Source: Octopus vulgaris (taxonomy: Eukaryota). Taken from it: DNA of 64,000 nt. The translations under genes were made by a program, and so were the position numbers. The stretch's first letter is position 1, and every line of letters begins with the position of its first letter. The stretch spans positions 59,582,001-59,646,000 of the forward strand of contig OX597819.1 of assembly GCA_951406725.2 (NCBI GenBank), in the 5' to 3' direction. The notes under the pieces were generated by a model. It searched no databases. It worked only from the letters and a program-made list of their open reading frames with translations, and was not told the origin of the DNA. Of this stretch, positions 51,801-62,429 are shown in pieces.

Positions 51801-54800
51801 AGCTGCAAACAGGCGTTGAGTTGCATCTGCTTATGTCAAAACCATGACTTAGCAGTTCAATGAATAAAGATCAATAAAATAAGTATCAGGCTGAAATAAA
51901 TACTAGAGGTTCATATGATTGATGAAATTCTTTGAATTTTATGCCTCAGTGTGATTGCAACCCAATAATGAAACTAGTTAAAAAATATAAAAGTGAGAGA
52001 GATGGTGAAAAAGGCTGAGACAGTTGAAAGTTGGATTTAATTCTTAGAGGTATTCAAATTTTAATACATCATTGATCAGAGTTCATATTCTGCTAAGCTT
52101 GACATTGCTTTTTATTTCTCTGATATTGATGAAATAAATACCTGTAAAATGCTGAGTCTGAATGAATATACAAATTTTCCACAGATATGTGTGTTGGAGT
52201 GAGCTCCCCAAATTTTATAAATACAGAGGGTTGATTTTTTAGTTTTCCCATTACAGACACTAATAGCAAGCACTGGTAGATGAAAAGATATTAATGAGAT
52301 ACCATAAAGTATGTGTGTGAGTACACACACACACACACTTTCCTGAACATCTATGGAATATACTACTTTATTCATGCCCACATCATTTCCATTCTGTAAA
52401 ATGTTTGAAACACCCCATTTCTGCTCATCCCAGTCACATCCACCTTTTGTTAATCATTTATATCATCCTCTTAGTTTTTCATCCCTAAATGTTTATATTT
52501 CTCTATTAAGTATAATCTTTTCCTTTTTTTTTGCAATCATTGTACTTATGTGGTCAACTACAGGCATGTATGTTTTTTGTTGGTTCTTTTTTTTTTTTTT
52601 TTCAACTAAAGAAATTTATGAGGTATTTCTTGAAAATGTTTTGTGTCAGTCTTAGGACAAATAAATCTTTTGATATATTTTCTATATTACCAGCTTGCAA
52701 TAATAGTAGCTGTATCTAAATACTCTGCTGATCATATGGTTGCATCCTATAAAACTTCAGAGCTGAACACAGTAGCTTGGAAAGAATACATCCTAGCTGA
52801 CTTTACCCAGGGTAAGTCTGTTCAGGTGTCAAACCAATAATCTTGAAATATATGTATCATATACCTAAGTTTTTTAGAGCATGATCCTCATCCTCATTAT
52901 CACCATCATCTTTTAACATTCATCTAGCACACTGGCATGGGCTGTATGGGTTGACAGGGTCTAACAAGTTAGAGGATTGCACTGTACCACAATGTCTACT
53001 TTGGCATAGGCTCTATGGTTGGATGCACTGATGAACATCAACCATTTTACAGGATGTTTGTTTGTTCCTTCTCGAGCCATGCCTGACTCTTAAGGGCCGG
53101 TTTCCCAGTTTCCTTAGCGTATAGGTTTCCCACCTGGACAGAATGCCGGTCCATTGCAGGTGAGCTGCAAGATGCAGGAGGCAAGAGTGAGAGAAAGTTG
53201 TGGCGAAAGAGTCAGCAGAAGTTCACCATTACCTTCTGCCAGAGTCATGTGGAGCTTAGATGTTTCGCTCATAAACACACACATCACTCGGTCTGAGATT
53301 TCAATTCGCGATCCCTCGACCGCAAGTCCACTGCTCTAACCACTAGGCCATGTGCCTCCACTTTACAGAGTGTACTGAATGCTTTTTTGTAGCAGTAGCA
53401 CTAGTGAAGTCACCATGTAACTTGCAAGACTAAGATCCCCCTTTGAAAGTAGAGAGGTTGGCAGTGATGAAAGATGAAAGATTTAAAATATGAAGGAAGG
53501 GGCCAGAACAGTTTTCTTGCCATAGAGAAGATACATGGCTTTATACATTTTACAAGAGTAGGTGAGCATAATCAGTTTGGAACTAGATGTACTGTAAATT
53601 TTGGACATGTGGATATTCTAGACTACATCCCTCAAAAAGACTGGTTTGAAGTTGCTGCTGACACATTCCAACCTTTGGCCCACAGATACACTGTCTCCTT
53701 ATTCTGCTGTCTCTGTCTTTAATCTTTTTTGTCTCTTACTTGTTTTAGCCATTAGACTGTGGCCATGCTGGGGCACCACCTTGAATAATTTTTAGTCAGA
53801 TGAATCACTCCCAGTATTTATTTATTTGTTTAAAATCTGATACTTATTCTATCAGTCTCTTTTGCTGAACTGCTAAGTTACAGGGATGTAAACACACCAG
53901 CATCGGTTGTCAAGCAGTGGTGGGGGATAAACACAGACACACACACATATACAATGGGCTTCTTTCAGTTTCCATCTACCAAATCCACTCACAAGGCTTT
54001 GGTCAACCCTGAGCTATAATAGAAGACTCTTGCTCAAGGTTCCACACAGTGGGGCTGAACCTGGACCCATGTGGTTCGGAAGAAGACTTCTTCCCACACC
54101 ACTGCACCTCCTACAGTCGCATTTGTTTTTTTGAGTCAGCAGGTCTTGTGCCATTGCCACTCAGGCACTCCTTTTCCCTCTGATCCTGCCTTATTAGCTA
54201 CATCGTATCCCTATATTGTTACTCTTCCTAATGATTCATTTGCTGAACTTTATAACAACTGTGTAATATACTTATTTTGTATGGTTATTGTTTATATATT
54301 ATCACAATATTTATTTTCTATTGTTCCAGATATCATATATACCAGTAACAGCAAAGATGGTGAACTCATGCTTTTCGTCTTGGTTCCTCAAAAACATTCG
54401 TACAAGCCAAATAGTTCTGACTCTAGTATGGAGGTCGATACACCAGGCCATTATTGTATTGATGCTTATATGATGCGTTCAGCTGCAGAACTTGATGGTG
54501 AAATATTTGATCTTTTACATCAGAGCTACTGCCCACCTCTCATTAACTGTTCTGATGTAAGTTTTCCAGCTCTACCTGTATTTAATGGGAAGATACTCTC
54601 TAAAGTCAATACTTACTTAACTAAAATTCAAGCCATGGCTGTAAAAAATCATCTGAAAGGTATTGTGATTCTATCCTATTTCTTTGACAAATTGCTTTTT
54701 ATATCTTTTGTCATTTCAATTGCAATGACTGTAGTTAAAGTGCTGGACTATTAACCACAGGATTTCATATCCACACTTTTATAACTCTTAAGCAAGATCA

Positions 54801-57800
54801 TTAACACTGTTTGCTCTAGTTTACCTGATTGAACAAAAAAAAAGACCAGTTTTATTCCTGCTTCATAGTTTCAGTGGTTAAGAGTATGAAGGGCATCCAG
54901 CTATTGAAAAATAGATTTTCTTCCAATAATTGTATTATCCCATTCATGCTAGCATGAAAAAAAGTTAGTCATCATCATCATCGTTTAATGTCCGCTTTTC
55001 ATGCTAGCATGAGTTGGACGATTTGACTGAGGACTGGCGAACCAGATGGCTGCACCAGGCTCCAATCTGATCTTGTAGAGTTTCTACAGCTGGATGCCCT
55101 TCCTAACACCAACCACTCGGAGAGTGTAGTGGGTGCTTTTACGTGCCACCAGCTTGAGGTCTAGTCAGGCGGTACTGGCAACGGCCACACTCAAATGGTG
55201 TTTTTCATGTGCTACCAGCATAAGTGCCAGTAAGGCAATGCCGGTAACGATCATGCTTGAATGGTGCTTTTTACATGCCACCGGCACGGAAGCCAGACAG
55301 CTGCTCTGGCAGTGATCCCGCTTCGATGGTGCTCTTAGCGCTCCTCTAGCACAGATGCCAGTCATCAAATTTGATTTCGATTTCACTTGCCTCAGCAGGT
55401 CTTCACAAGCTATAAAGCAGTATTATTGGTTTCAAATTTTGACATAAGGATTAGTATTGTTATTATTATAATTATTATTATTACAACAAATAAAATGCTT
55501 TTTATTTAGATGATCTTACAGATTCTCTGGCAGTTCCTTCAACACAACCAAGAGAACTCTTCCAACTCCTTGCCAATGTACAGCAGAAGTTTCTGGAAAA
55601 CTTGAAATCTAAACTTAACCATAAAGACTGCTTTCAACCATTTGATACTTTACCATCCAGATGTCAGTTGAGTGGTAAGCCTCTTTTGCAACTTGAGGGA
55701 CAATTTAAAAGGTCTAGCCAAAAGCTGAGGAGTGGCTGTGTGATAAGTAGCTTGCTTACCAACCACATGGTTCCAGATTCAGTCCCACTCCGTGGCACTT
55801 TGAGCAAGTGTCTTTTACTTTAGCCTCGGGCCGACCAAAGCCTTGTGAGTGGATTTGGTAGATGGAAACTGAAAGAAGTGCATCATATATATGTATGTGT
55901 ATATATATATATGTGTGTGTTTGTCCCCCCAACATCGCTTGATAACCGATGCTGGTGTGTTTACGCCCCCATAACTTAGCGGTTTGGCAAAAGAGACCGA
56001 TAGACTAAGTACTAGGCTTACAAAGATTAAGTCCTGGGGTCGATTTGCTCGACTAAGGGCAGTGCTCCAGCATGGCCACAGTCAAATGACTGAAACAAGT
56101 AAAGGAAGAGGTATTTTACTCAAGGACATGATGTTATTTTTTACAAAGAATTTACATTTTTGATCTAACAAGGATTTCCATTCAGAGACCCTTTCAAAAT
56201 GTATCTCTAAATACATCTGCCACCTCTACCATTTTTGAATTCTTCCAGCCACCAACAACTTTTTGACAATATCATTTCCTGCATCAAGCATATATACCTC
56301 ATTTCACCATTGTGGATTTCCTAGCAAAAAAGGTTGCATCTCTTGTTTCTTGGATTGGTAATGTTATCAGATTACCTGGTTTGTGCTGATAGAGCTCTCT
56401 TGTCCATGCTCTATCAATTCTGATGTGTCTCTTATACATCAGTGATTTACTTTGTGTCACCAACAACATCCACTTCTATGCAGATTATACATTTTGTTCC
56501 TCTCTACACTTCAGGCATCAAATTATCATCCACACACAATCTAGACATCCTATGTTAAATCTGCACTGACTCCATCGACAGAGACCTCTGAAACATCTTC
56601 CAATGAATCATGCTATGCCAGTGTTGTCTCCTTCAACAACTTAAAGGCACATTCATTGTATTTATCAAGAAAACAGTTTGGCCCTTAGACATGAACATTA
56701 CTCAACTAGAACCCTCAATGTAAGCACTACAGATGCTATGCTTCACCATCACTGAGGATCTTTCTTGGGTGCATACCCGTCATCCTCAATATTTCAAAGA
56801 CTGCATCACAAAGATTGACTTTCATCTTCAACATCAAAAAATACAACCAACATCCCTCATTGGATGTGGCTGCAGCAGAGTGATAGTTGGCAAGGTTAGA
56901 AAGGTTGTCTTTTATAGAAAAGCAACACACTTTAGGGTTTCCAAACACATATTTATTTTTATTTTTTCATGGAAAATATAATTGTATTATTTCCATACTG
57001 TTGGTTTTAAAGTTAGGTGCACTTTTATGACCTATTGTGGTAAAGTTCAAAGTTCATTTTCAAATTTGTGCTTTGTGTCATTTAAGTTACACAAATATTT
57101 GCAGTGTATTTTATACAGCAATTATAATAAATCTAGCTAAATACTCCCTTTGCCATACAGTGTAATACTCAAAAAATGTCAATGTGTATTATCTACAAGA
57201 GATATTTTCCCAAGAATTCAATGTTCATAAATAAATATGGTGATTTTTTTTCTTCTTTTGTTATTTTCATTTATATTTATGGTTCACTATTTCAAGAACT
57301 TGACCTACTTAATTGTGCACAATGGCCAGAAAAACGTTACATCCAGCAACTAGAATCCATGAAAAAGACCATTTGCCGTTTTCGATCATTTGACAGCATG
57401 TCATTATCATCACCTTATGTTCCTCTTCAAGGTAAGTTAATGGGAATTCTAAACCACATAGTATGTATTCCCACCACCTCCCCACTCATACTTCTTTTTA
57501 TTGAACAGATGTTTGTTAGACTTTCACTTTGTCTAATCTCAAATATAATCACTTTTTGAAACATTCTTTATATCTGTTTCATTATGTGTAAAAATTGAAC
57601 ATCATTTTGGCTTCGATTTCACTGCATAGTAGTGCCTCAGGTAAATGTTCTACTACAGTCTTGAGTTGAGCAACACCTTGTGAGTGGTATTCAGAAACTG
57701 TGCATGTATGTGCAAGGACAAACATTATACTTCTGTGTCACTGACCATGTCCCTTCTATTAACCTCAGACATCTATATGGGTCAATGTAGATGTGCATTT

Positions 57801-60800
57801 ACTCCAGTTTTTACATTATGTTGCCTTATGTCTTGTAACTTAGCATTTCAATAAATAGCAATAAAATATATCATCAGCAGCATTGTTTCAACATTCACTT
57901 TCCCATACTAGAATGAGACAAATGGAGTTTATTGAAGCAGATTTTCTATGGCTGGCTGCTCTTCCTGTCAACAACTCACGCTTGTTTCCAAGCAATGTAA
58001 TATTTCCCCACATTGAAATTAAATGACATCACTTGTATGGCAGTGACACTTGTTTGTTTCTAGCTGGTCAAATGATGACATTGAGGCTGTTTTGTCTGCC
58101 TGTAGTAATACATGTTTAAAATGGTTCCAAAAACGTACATGTTTACAGGTGAAGATGACTATGTTTATTATCCAGTTCAGAGTATTGTCTTCATAATTTT
58201 AAAGCCTGTTTTTCCCTATTATAATAACAACTTGGGTGGATTTTGCATTGGCTTTAATCCTGCAATATTTTTATGTACCCTCCTTGTTCATATGTTTCTA
58301 GAAGAGTTATTACATCATCATCATTTAACATCCACTTTCCATGCTAGAATAGGTTGGACGATTTGACTGAGGACTGGCGAACCAGATGGCTGTGCCAGGC
58401 TCCAATCTGATCTGGCAGAATTTCTACAGCTGGATGCCCTTCCTAACGCCAACCACTCTGAAAGTGCAGTGGGTGCTTTTACAAGGGCCAGTCTGGCGGT
58501 ACTGGCAATGGCATGCTCAAATGGTGTTTTTTACGTGCCACCTGCACAGGAGTCAGTCCAGGAGCACTGGCAATGACCTCGCTCAAATGTTTTGTTCACG
58601 TGCCAGTAAGGCAACGCTGGTAACGATCACGCTTAAATGGTGCTTTTTACGTGCCACCGGCATTGAAGCCTGACAACCGCTCTGGCAGTGTTCCCGCTCG
58701 GATGGAGCTGCTAGCGCTCCACTGGCACAGGTGCCAGTCATCAAATTTGGTTCAATTTCGATTTCAACTATTACAACTATTTTATTTCCCCACTTCTTCA
58801 AGATGGAAAGTACTTTTGAATTTCATTGACCAACACTATTTTTATGTTTCTGTATTATATTTACACCCATGCAAAAAATGTCCTTAAAACGTGTGTATAA
58901 ATACTGTATATTTTGTTGGAATGTTGTGTGTTATGTTATAGTATTCCTTACTTTCTTTTATCTCAGATGTTGTTCCAACTGAAATTGAAGAAATTTTGAG
59001 TCACTTCCAAGATGATGGATTGGCAACCAGTTTTTCTTTGACTCCTTTACTGAGCCAAGTATGAAGAATATCTTGTCTTTAACCAATTTGAAGTTGTTGA
59101 AATGTTTTAAGTATTGCGTTCCCTTTGCTACATATTATATACAATGGAAGAGTAGACTATATATAAAACATCTAGATAGCTTGGAATCTTCTTTTCTACT
59201 AATAACTTCAGTTTGTTCAGTTGCTAATTTAATTCATAATGAAAAACTTTAGTGAAATACAAAAATTACTGTAAGGACAGTAGATAGTTTTTATATAATG
59301 GAAAGAAAATATGGAGCTGTAACTTGATGAAGCTAACTTGGATTATGAATTGATGGGACTGAGTTTGATAAAACTGATATTGTTTGTGAATGACTGAGTG
59401 TTTGTAAAAGATAAGAATATATTGGCAGGAGAAACAGTTGAAAATGTCATTCTGCTCAAGAAATACCATGAATATTGTTTGGTGTGGGCCAAGAGGAATA
59501 TGATCCAGAGAGAAGAGCACAGTAAAGTAATTTAATGAAAGCTAAAATATAGCCAGCAACTAAAGGAAGAGCCAAGGATATTGTCAATAAAAGGGGGGAA
59601 AAGGAAAAGTTAAGAAAATTATTTTAACAAACCAGTGACTGGAAGGTGACAAACTGTTTATCTTTAAATATAACACAAATGCAGGATACTGTAGTATGAC
59701 TGGTAGAGGGAGAATATTGTTCAAACAGCTTTCTTAAAATATCAAATTCCAAGTTATGACTAAGATGGTCTAAAATTGAAAGAATTGGTAGAGCTGTGGA
59801 GAAAATATTTCACAGTATTTTATTAAGTCTCTTTACAATCTGAATTCTACCCTGTCTTTCAAGTTCAATTTTACATTTCATCTTTCCAGAGTTGGTAAAA
59901 TAAGTATCAATCAAATATTGAGTTAATGTATTTAACTGTTCACTCACTCCGAATTCCTGGGCTTATTTACTTTGAAGGGAACAGTAGAATAGAACCATCA
60001 GTAGAACAACTGGGTAAATATCTTCTGCCAAACCTCAACTCAGCCTAAGTCTTGTGAAACAAATTTATTACACAGAAACGTTAAGGAAATTTGCACTTGT
60101 TCTTGAATTGGAAACTAAATCCATTGCTGGTTTAATACCACCACTTGTCCTTTGGGTGTGCCTTTAAGCTGCTTTAAGAATTGGCATTGATTGAGCCAAC
60201 ATGCTTGTTTAGAAACAGCAGTCAAATAGTCATTAAATCATATCATACTGTCTTACAAAATGAACAATGTATTGGGTAATGAATGTAGTCCTAGATATAG
60301 TATGCTTGAGAAAAAAAAATGGAATGGTCATGGCTGGAACACATTGGACCATAGATCTACTCAATCAGAGCTGACCTGAGACTGAATGATTATATCTATA
60401 GCTGGTACTGCCATAAAATGTAAGAAATACAGTTGCAAAATGCATAGCTTAGGAGGAATGGATACAGGTTATTTCTAACTATGAACTAGTTCTTCAGTAT
60501 CTCTTCTCATCTCATCTTCACCCACTTATTCTTGGGAGAATCATGGGGACAGAGTCCTCACTCAAGCCTCTCATCAGGTTCTGTCAGAAGCAACCATCTC
60601 CAATTAATTTAGCTGGATTCCCAAGTGAGACCAACCAAGCTCAAGGATGTTATCCACCCATCTTGTTTGTGATCTAGCCCTTCTTCTGCCAGTTGTTTTT
60701 GCCCATAGATTACCCAGCAATTCTTTCCCTGAGACATCCTTAACCACCTGTCCATAGTATCAGAGCAGTGATCTCTTAATTCAGAGAAGTAATGGCTCTA

Positions 60801-62204
60801 CCTGGAGCACCTCTCTGATCTCCAAGTTATGCATTCTATCAAATAACATTACTCCTTTGGAGGAACCCCTTCTGTTGTTATATTTTAATTCAATGCATTG
60901 GTAAATAAGTAAAACAAGATAGTTCTCTAGCAAATCTGGATAGTTCCATATAGATCTCTAACAAAAGATGATAGATCTTTAACAAATCTGGGATTTTGCC
61001 ATGTTCTATCTAGAATCTTGTCACAAAACCTACAAAACTTTATCCACTTAGTTTCTATATTCTGTTACTAATGAGGCAACTCAGCTACATTTAAAGAATT
61101 TTATATTAAGCTTTGTGTTTGCCATATATTCTTATAGCATAACCTGCGCAGCTACGTGTTTCCTGCCCTTAACGATGAATATGAAACCTGTCTTATGAAA
61201 TGGCCACATTGTCGAGAAGCTCGTTTTCCTGGCATTTGGTAACTCTTTCTTTTATTATCACACTTTCAAAACACAGCATCTTGCAGGACTGTATACAAGC
61301 TACTACATTTAATTATAGTAACTGTTAATACCAGCTTCTACACTTTATTTGCTGTTGGTACTATGTATTATGTGTAACTATACTGACTGTTAATATTAGC
61401 TACTATGTTAACTATTAACAGTTATTGCATGTTAATATACTATGTTTCTTTGCTATAATATCTGATATTACCATATGTTTGTTATATTGTATGATACTAC
61501 CACATGACTGTCTGTTGTTTGATATTCTTTTGTACTCTAGGCAAAAGGCTCAAAATTTTGGGGGAGGGGGCCAGTCGATTAGATCGACTCCAGTATACAA
61601 CTGGTACTTAATTTATTGACCCCGAAAAGGTGAAAGGCAATGTCAACTTCAGTGGAATTTGAACTCAGAATGTAAAGACAGATGAAATACAGCTAAGCAT
61701 TTCACCTGGCATGCTAATCTTCTGCCAGCTCGTTGTTTGATATTGCCACATGTCTGTTACATGATAATACCACATGCCTATTGTATTACCTGACACTAAC
61801 TTACGTTTATTATATTGTCTCATACTATTACAAATCTATCTGTTATAGTGTCTGACATTACCACATGTTAGTCTGTTATGTTATCTGACACAAGCACATG
61901 TCTGATGTTACAGTGTACTACATGTTCTTACTACATATCTGTCTGTCCATTGTATTGTACTCACTACCACATGTCTGTCTTTTATATTGTCTAACACTGC
62001 AATACATCTTCTGGTTTCCAGTTATAACAAAGATAACCAATGTGAGAAGATTCAAAACCGTCTGAACAAACTAAGAGATAAATTCATCACCGCAGACACA
62101 AGTACCACATATTCACTACAGAATTGTCGTAGCACATCTTTGCAGTCAACAACTAACCCTCGCATAGTGCAGAACTTCAAATCAAAACATTCTCTCAGGA
62201 TAAA
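10746..62204 (+). CDS. MTBP: Mdm2-binding protein (MTBP/Sld7 homolog, replication origin firing factor); 17-exon model, 3' end beyond window
   Basis: GT-AG exons chain in phase without stops (2099 nt). Peptides match remembered human MTBP in order: [18 protein letters not shown]~LHQLSDKLPAPGRAMVDII; [10 protein letters not shown]~WRGKIQIWER; AWKEYI~KWKEYI; [10 protein letters not shown]~LIHSANQING; [18 protein letters not shown]~LPHFSGE..VQVLALEECLK; [12 protein letters not shown]~EWPERHVLQNLE; [11 protein letters not shown]~ELLKYFTSDGL. Confidence 0.9.
12405..12458 (+). CDS. MTBP: MTBP exon 2 ([18 protein letters not shown])
   Basis: ttttaag|...G|gtatcc, phase 1-1; SACNLNG~PACSVGG of MTBP. 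Confidence 0.6.
13088..14872 (+). mobile_element. Helentron-associated (DINE-1/HINE-like) non-autonomous element with nested SINE/RTE insertions
   Basis: 5' atactagcag..cccggcgt..; 3' cacagacagacacac..ttttatatatatctagat; same termini as the 34186 and 48107 copies. Confidence 0.55.
18400..19210 (+). mobile_element. tRNA-SINE family E split by a composite family A insertion (18510-18985)
   Basis: Head ggcacatgacttagcggttagg, body resumes at ~18986; other copies at 24198-24530(-) and ~5500-5780. Confidence 0.65.
21273..21527. mobile_element. hAT (Charlie-like) MITE
   Basis: TIRs cagtaattctcaacc/ggttgagaaccactg; 8-bp TSD atctagat/atctagag (NTCTAGAN preference). Confidence 0.85.
22575..22884 (-). 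mobile_element. R4/Dong-like non-LTR retrotransposon 3' remnant between (ATT)n tracts
   Basis: Minus: [14 protein letters not shown] terminal motif; similar segment at 23565-23780. Confidence 0.55.
22912..23320 (-). mobile_element. 5'-truncated R4/Dong-clade (RLE) non-LTR retrotransposon
   Basis: Minus: [38 protein letters not shown]...[20 protein letters not shown]; (TAT)n on both flanks. Confidence 0.8.
24621..24842 (+). mobile_element. Mariner-derived MITE
   Basis: TIRs tatgaggtggggctgaaaagttcct/aggaacttttcagtacttcctta; remnant CNKCVNL.GEYVE* of the transposase C-terminus. Confidence 0.7.
24964..25181. mobile_element. piggyBac-like MITE (decayed)
   Basis: ttaa|ccctttt ... aaaggattgaa termini. 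Confidence 0.4.
25340..25440 (+). CDS. MTBP: MTBP exon 3 ([34 protein letters not shown])
   Basis: ttgtag| (or in-frame cag| at 25349) to AAA|gtaagt; phase 1-0; YTDWKNL~SSDWQEI. Confidence 0.75.
25513..25589. repeat. Long (TA)n microsatellite just downstream of MTBP exon 3
   Basis: Uninterrupted TA run; many other (TA)n/(CA)n/(ATG)n tracts in the window, e.g. 2160-2410 and 34030-34100. Confidence 0.95.
31009..31289 (-). mobile_element. tRNA-derived SINE family D
   Basis: Minus head ggaggcacatggccttgtggttagagcagcagactcgcggtcgggggatcgcaggttcgaatctc; second copy 53057-53360. Confidence 0.85.
31310..32130 (+). mobile_element. Decayed RTE-type LINE ORF2 C-terminal fragment, split by a hAT MITE
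   Basis: [51 protein letters not shown]. Confidence 0.7.
31828..32001. mobile_element. hAT (Charlie-like) MITE
   Basis: TIRs cagtgctccacaac/gttgcagagcactg; TSD ctctagag/atctagag. Confidence 0.85.
33450..34022 (+). mobile_element. RTE LINE 3'UTR copy
   Basis: Hairpin motif, gtggcac..aaaa modules and (GAT)n tail; further copies 23780-24127, 39090-39540, 41035-41420, 43800-44322, 54969-55410(-), 58313-58770(-). Confidence 0.8.
34186..35110 (+). mobile_element. Young Helentron-associated (DINE-1/HINE-like) element with internal duplications
   Basis: atactagcagtatcgcccggcgttgctcggg 5' end (subterminal palindrome); 3' gacagacac..ttttatatatatagat; CpG-rich; ~34365-34575 repeated at ~34905-35110. 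Confidence 0.75.
37098..37634 (-). mobile_element. 5'-truncated RTE LINE (ORF2 C-terminus + 3'UTR + (GAT)n) with 22-bp TSD
   Basis: Minus: [31 protein letters not shown]; TSD gcttacc(g/a)ccttagctgaaaca at 37076-37097 and 37638-37659. Confidence 0.88.
38403..39006. mobile_element. hAT MITE (same family as 21273) split by a family B SINE (38440-38802)
   Basis: cagtggttctgaacc...ggttgagaaccactg; internal sequence matches 21273-21527. Confidence 0.75.
40445..40539 (+). CDS. MTBP: MTBP exon 4 ([32 protein letters not shown])
   Basis: ttttccag|...GG|gtaaac, phase 0-2; spacing to next motif fits MTBP. Confidence 0.75.
41725..41801 (+). CDS. MTBP: MTBP exon 5 ([25 protein letters not shown])
   Basis: ttcacag|...G|gtaagg, phase 2-1; LHRIADNLP motif. 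Confidence 0.9.
41900..42742 (+). mobile_element. Internally deleted mariner transposon
   Basis: HTH region [36 protein letters not shown], then [10 protein letters not shown], then directly [22 protein letters not shown]; 3' TIR gaccttacttttgggattacccttg-ta. Confidence 0.9.
42747..43097 (+). mobile_element. Tc1-like transposon 5' fragment
   Basis: ta-caggggttggacaaaa TIR start; [41 protein letters not shown] from 42928. Confidence 0.85.
43516..43570 (+). CDS. MTBP: MTBP exon 6 ([18 protein letters not shown])
   Basis: ttgtag|...GA|gtaagt, phase 1-2; VDII motif. Confidence 0.88.
44585..44807 (+). CDS. MTBP: MTBP exon 7 ([20 protein letters not shown]...[13 protein letters not shown])
   Basis: ttctaaag|...CAG|gtgagt, phase 2-0; [14 protein letters not shown]~LPTVGALKHLREW. 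Confidence 0.9.
45857..46196. repeat. Long inverted repeat: ~106-bp arms (45857-45962 / 46091-46196) with ~128-bp AT-rich spacer
   Basis: Arms are reverse complements with about 5 mismatches. Confidence 0.92.
46860..46991 (+). CDS. MTBP: MTBP exon 8 ([19 protein letters not shown]...DAYSCN)
   Basis: cttatag|...AAT|gtaagt, 132 nt, phase 0-0; FSGFAL~FPEFCL. Confidence 0.85.
48107..48428 (+). mobile_element. Short Helentron-associated element
   Basis: actagcagtattgcccggcgttgcttggg...cacagacaacttcagctttatatatata. Confidence 0.7.
48714..48945 (+). mobile_element. Family A SINE inserted into a family B SINE with 18-bp TSD
   Basis: agaaactgaaagaagc(c/t)c at 48696-48713 and 48947-48964. Confidence 0.85.
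50023..50117 (+). CDS. MTBP: MTBP exon 9 ([32 protein letters not shown]), followed by a U12-type donor
   Basis: ttaacag|...CT|GTATCCTTT, phase 0-2; [13 protein letters not shown]~LEFVQMIKLSDLP. Confidence 0.88.
50118..50899 (+). other. U12-type (minor spliceosome) GT-AG intron of MTBP
   Basis: 5'ss GTATCCTTT; branch TTCCATAAC (50881-50889) 10 nt before the 3' end; no polypyrimidine tract between branch and AG. Confidence 0.8.
50900..50963 (+). CDS. MTBP: MTBP exon 10 ([21 protein letters not shown])
   Basis: U12-like branch TTCCATAAC then cag|T...CAA|gtaagt; phase 2-0 links exons 9 and 11; SHQILEYL~SVLLLEQI. Confidence 0.82.
52694..52811 (+). CDS. MTBP: MTBP exon 11 ([39 protein letters not shown])
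   Basis: ttaccag|...G|gtaagt, phase 0-1; WKEYI motif. Confidence 0.9.
54330..54659 (+). CDS. MTBP: MTBP exon 12 ([20 protein letters not shown]...[11 protein letters not shown])
   Basis: ttgttccag|...G|gtattg, 330 nt, phase 1-1; lies within track ORF 54071-54754. Confidence 0.9.
55510..55674 (+). CDS. MTBP: MTBP exon 13 ([33 protein letters not shown]...CQLS)
   Basis: tttatttag| (alternative in-frame cag| at 55522) to G|gtaagc; phase 1-1; ELFQLL..QKFL~ELKSLL..KHFL. Confidence 0.85.
56110..56890 (+). mobile_element. Decayed LINE reverse transcriptase fragment
   Basis: [21 protein letters not shown] (YADD-like) at ~56430-56490. Confidence 0.55.
57297..57431 (+). CDS. MTBP: MTBP exon 14 ([31 protein letters not shown]...PLQ)
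   Basis: ttcaag|...G|gtaagt, phase 1-1; WPE motif. Confidence 0.9.
58967..59058 (+). CDS. MTBP: MTBP exon 15 ([31 protein letters not shown])
   Basis: tatctcag|...CAA|gtatga, phase 1-0; F..DGL motif. Confidence 0.88.
60540..60860 (-). mobile_element. Decayed RTE LINE 3' ORF fragment
   Basis: Minus: [35 protein letters not shown]. Confidence 0.6.
61138..61238 (+). CDS. MTBP: MTBP exon 16 ([33 protein letters not shown])
   Basis: cttatag|...TG|gtaact, phase 0-2; RFPGICY~HYHGIEY. Confidence 0.85.
61440..62005. repeat. Degenerate ~30-bp minisatellite (with SINE inserted at 61523-61732) abutting the exon 17 acceptor
   Basis: Repeated ctgttatattgtctgacactaccacatgt-like units. Confidence 0.7.
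62022..62204 (+). CDS. MTBP: MTBP exon 17 ([29 protein letters not shown]...SLRIK)
   Basis: tttccag|...AA|gtaagt, phase 2-2; [13 protein letters not shown]~LQSRLIRYETQTT. Confidence 0.88.
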
Positions 62205-62429
62205 GTAAGTAATCTTGAATATAGTCCCAAACTCGAGAAATCACTGATGATATTAGTTCTCTGTATTCAGAATTTAAAACAAGAACTAGTTAATATAGAA
62301 ACGTCCTTAAGTATGGGCAACATTTTTTTCTATCAGTGAGAGATTACTCATCATGTATTGGGCCACCCCACTAAAAGAATATCTTTGTTTATTTTTTATT
62401 TTTTATTGAAAATCCCAAAGAAGGTGAAA

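Noticed and set aside
54071-54754. 227-aa ORF as a standalone gene
   Set aside because: It is MTBP exon 12 plus flanking intron and SINE read-through
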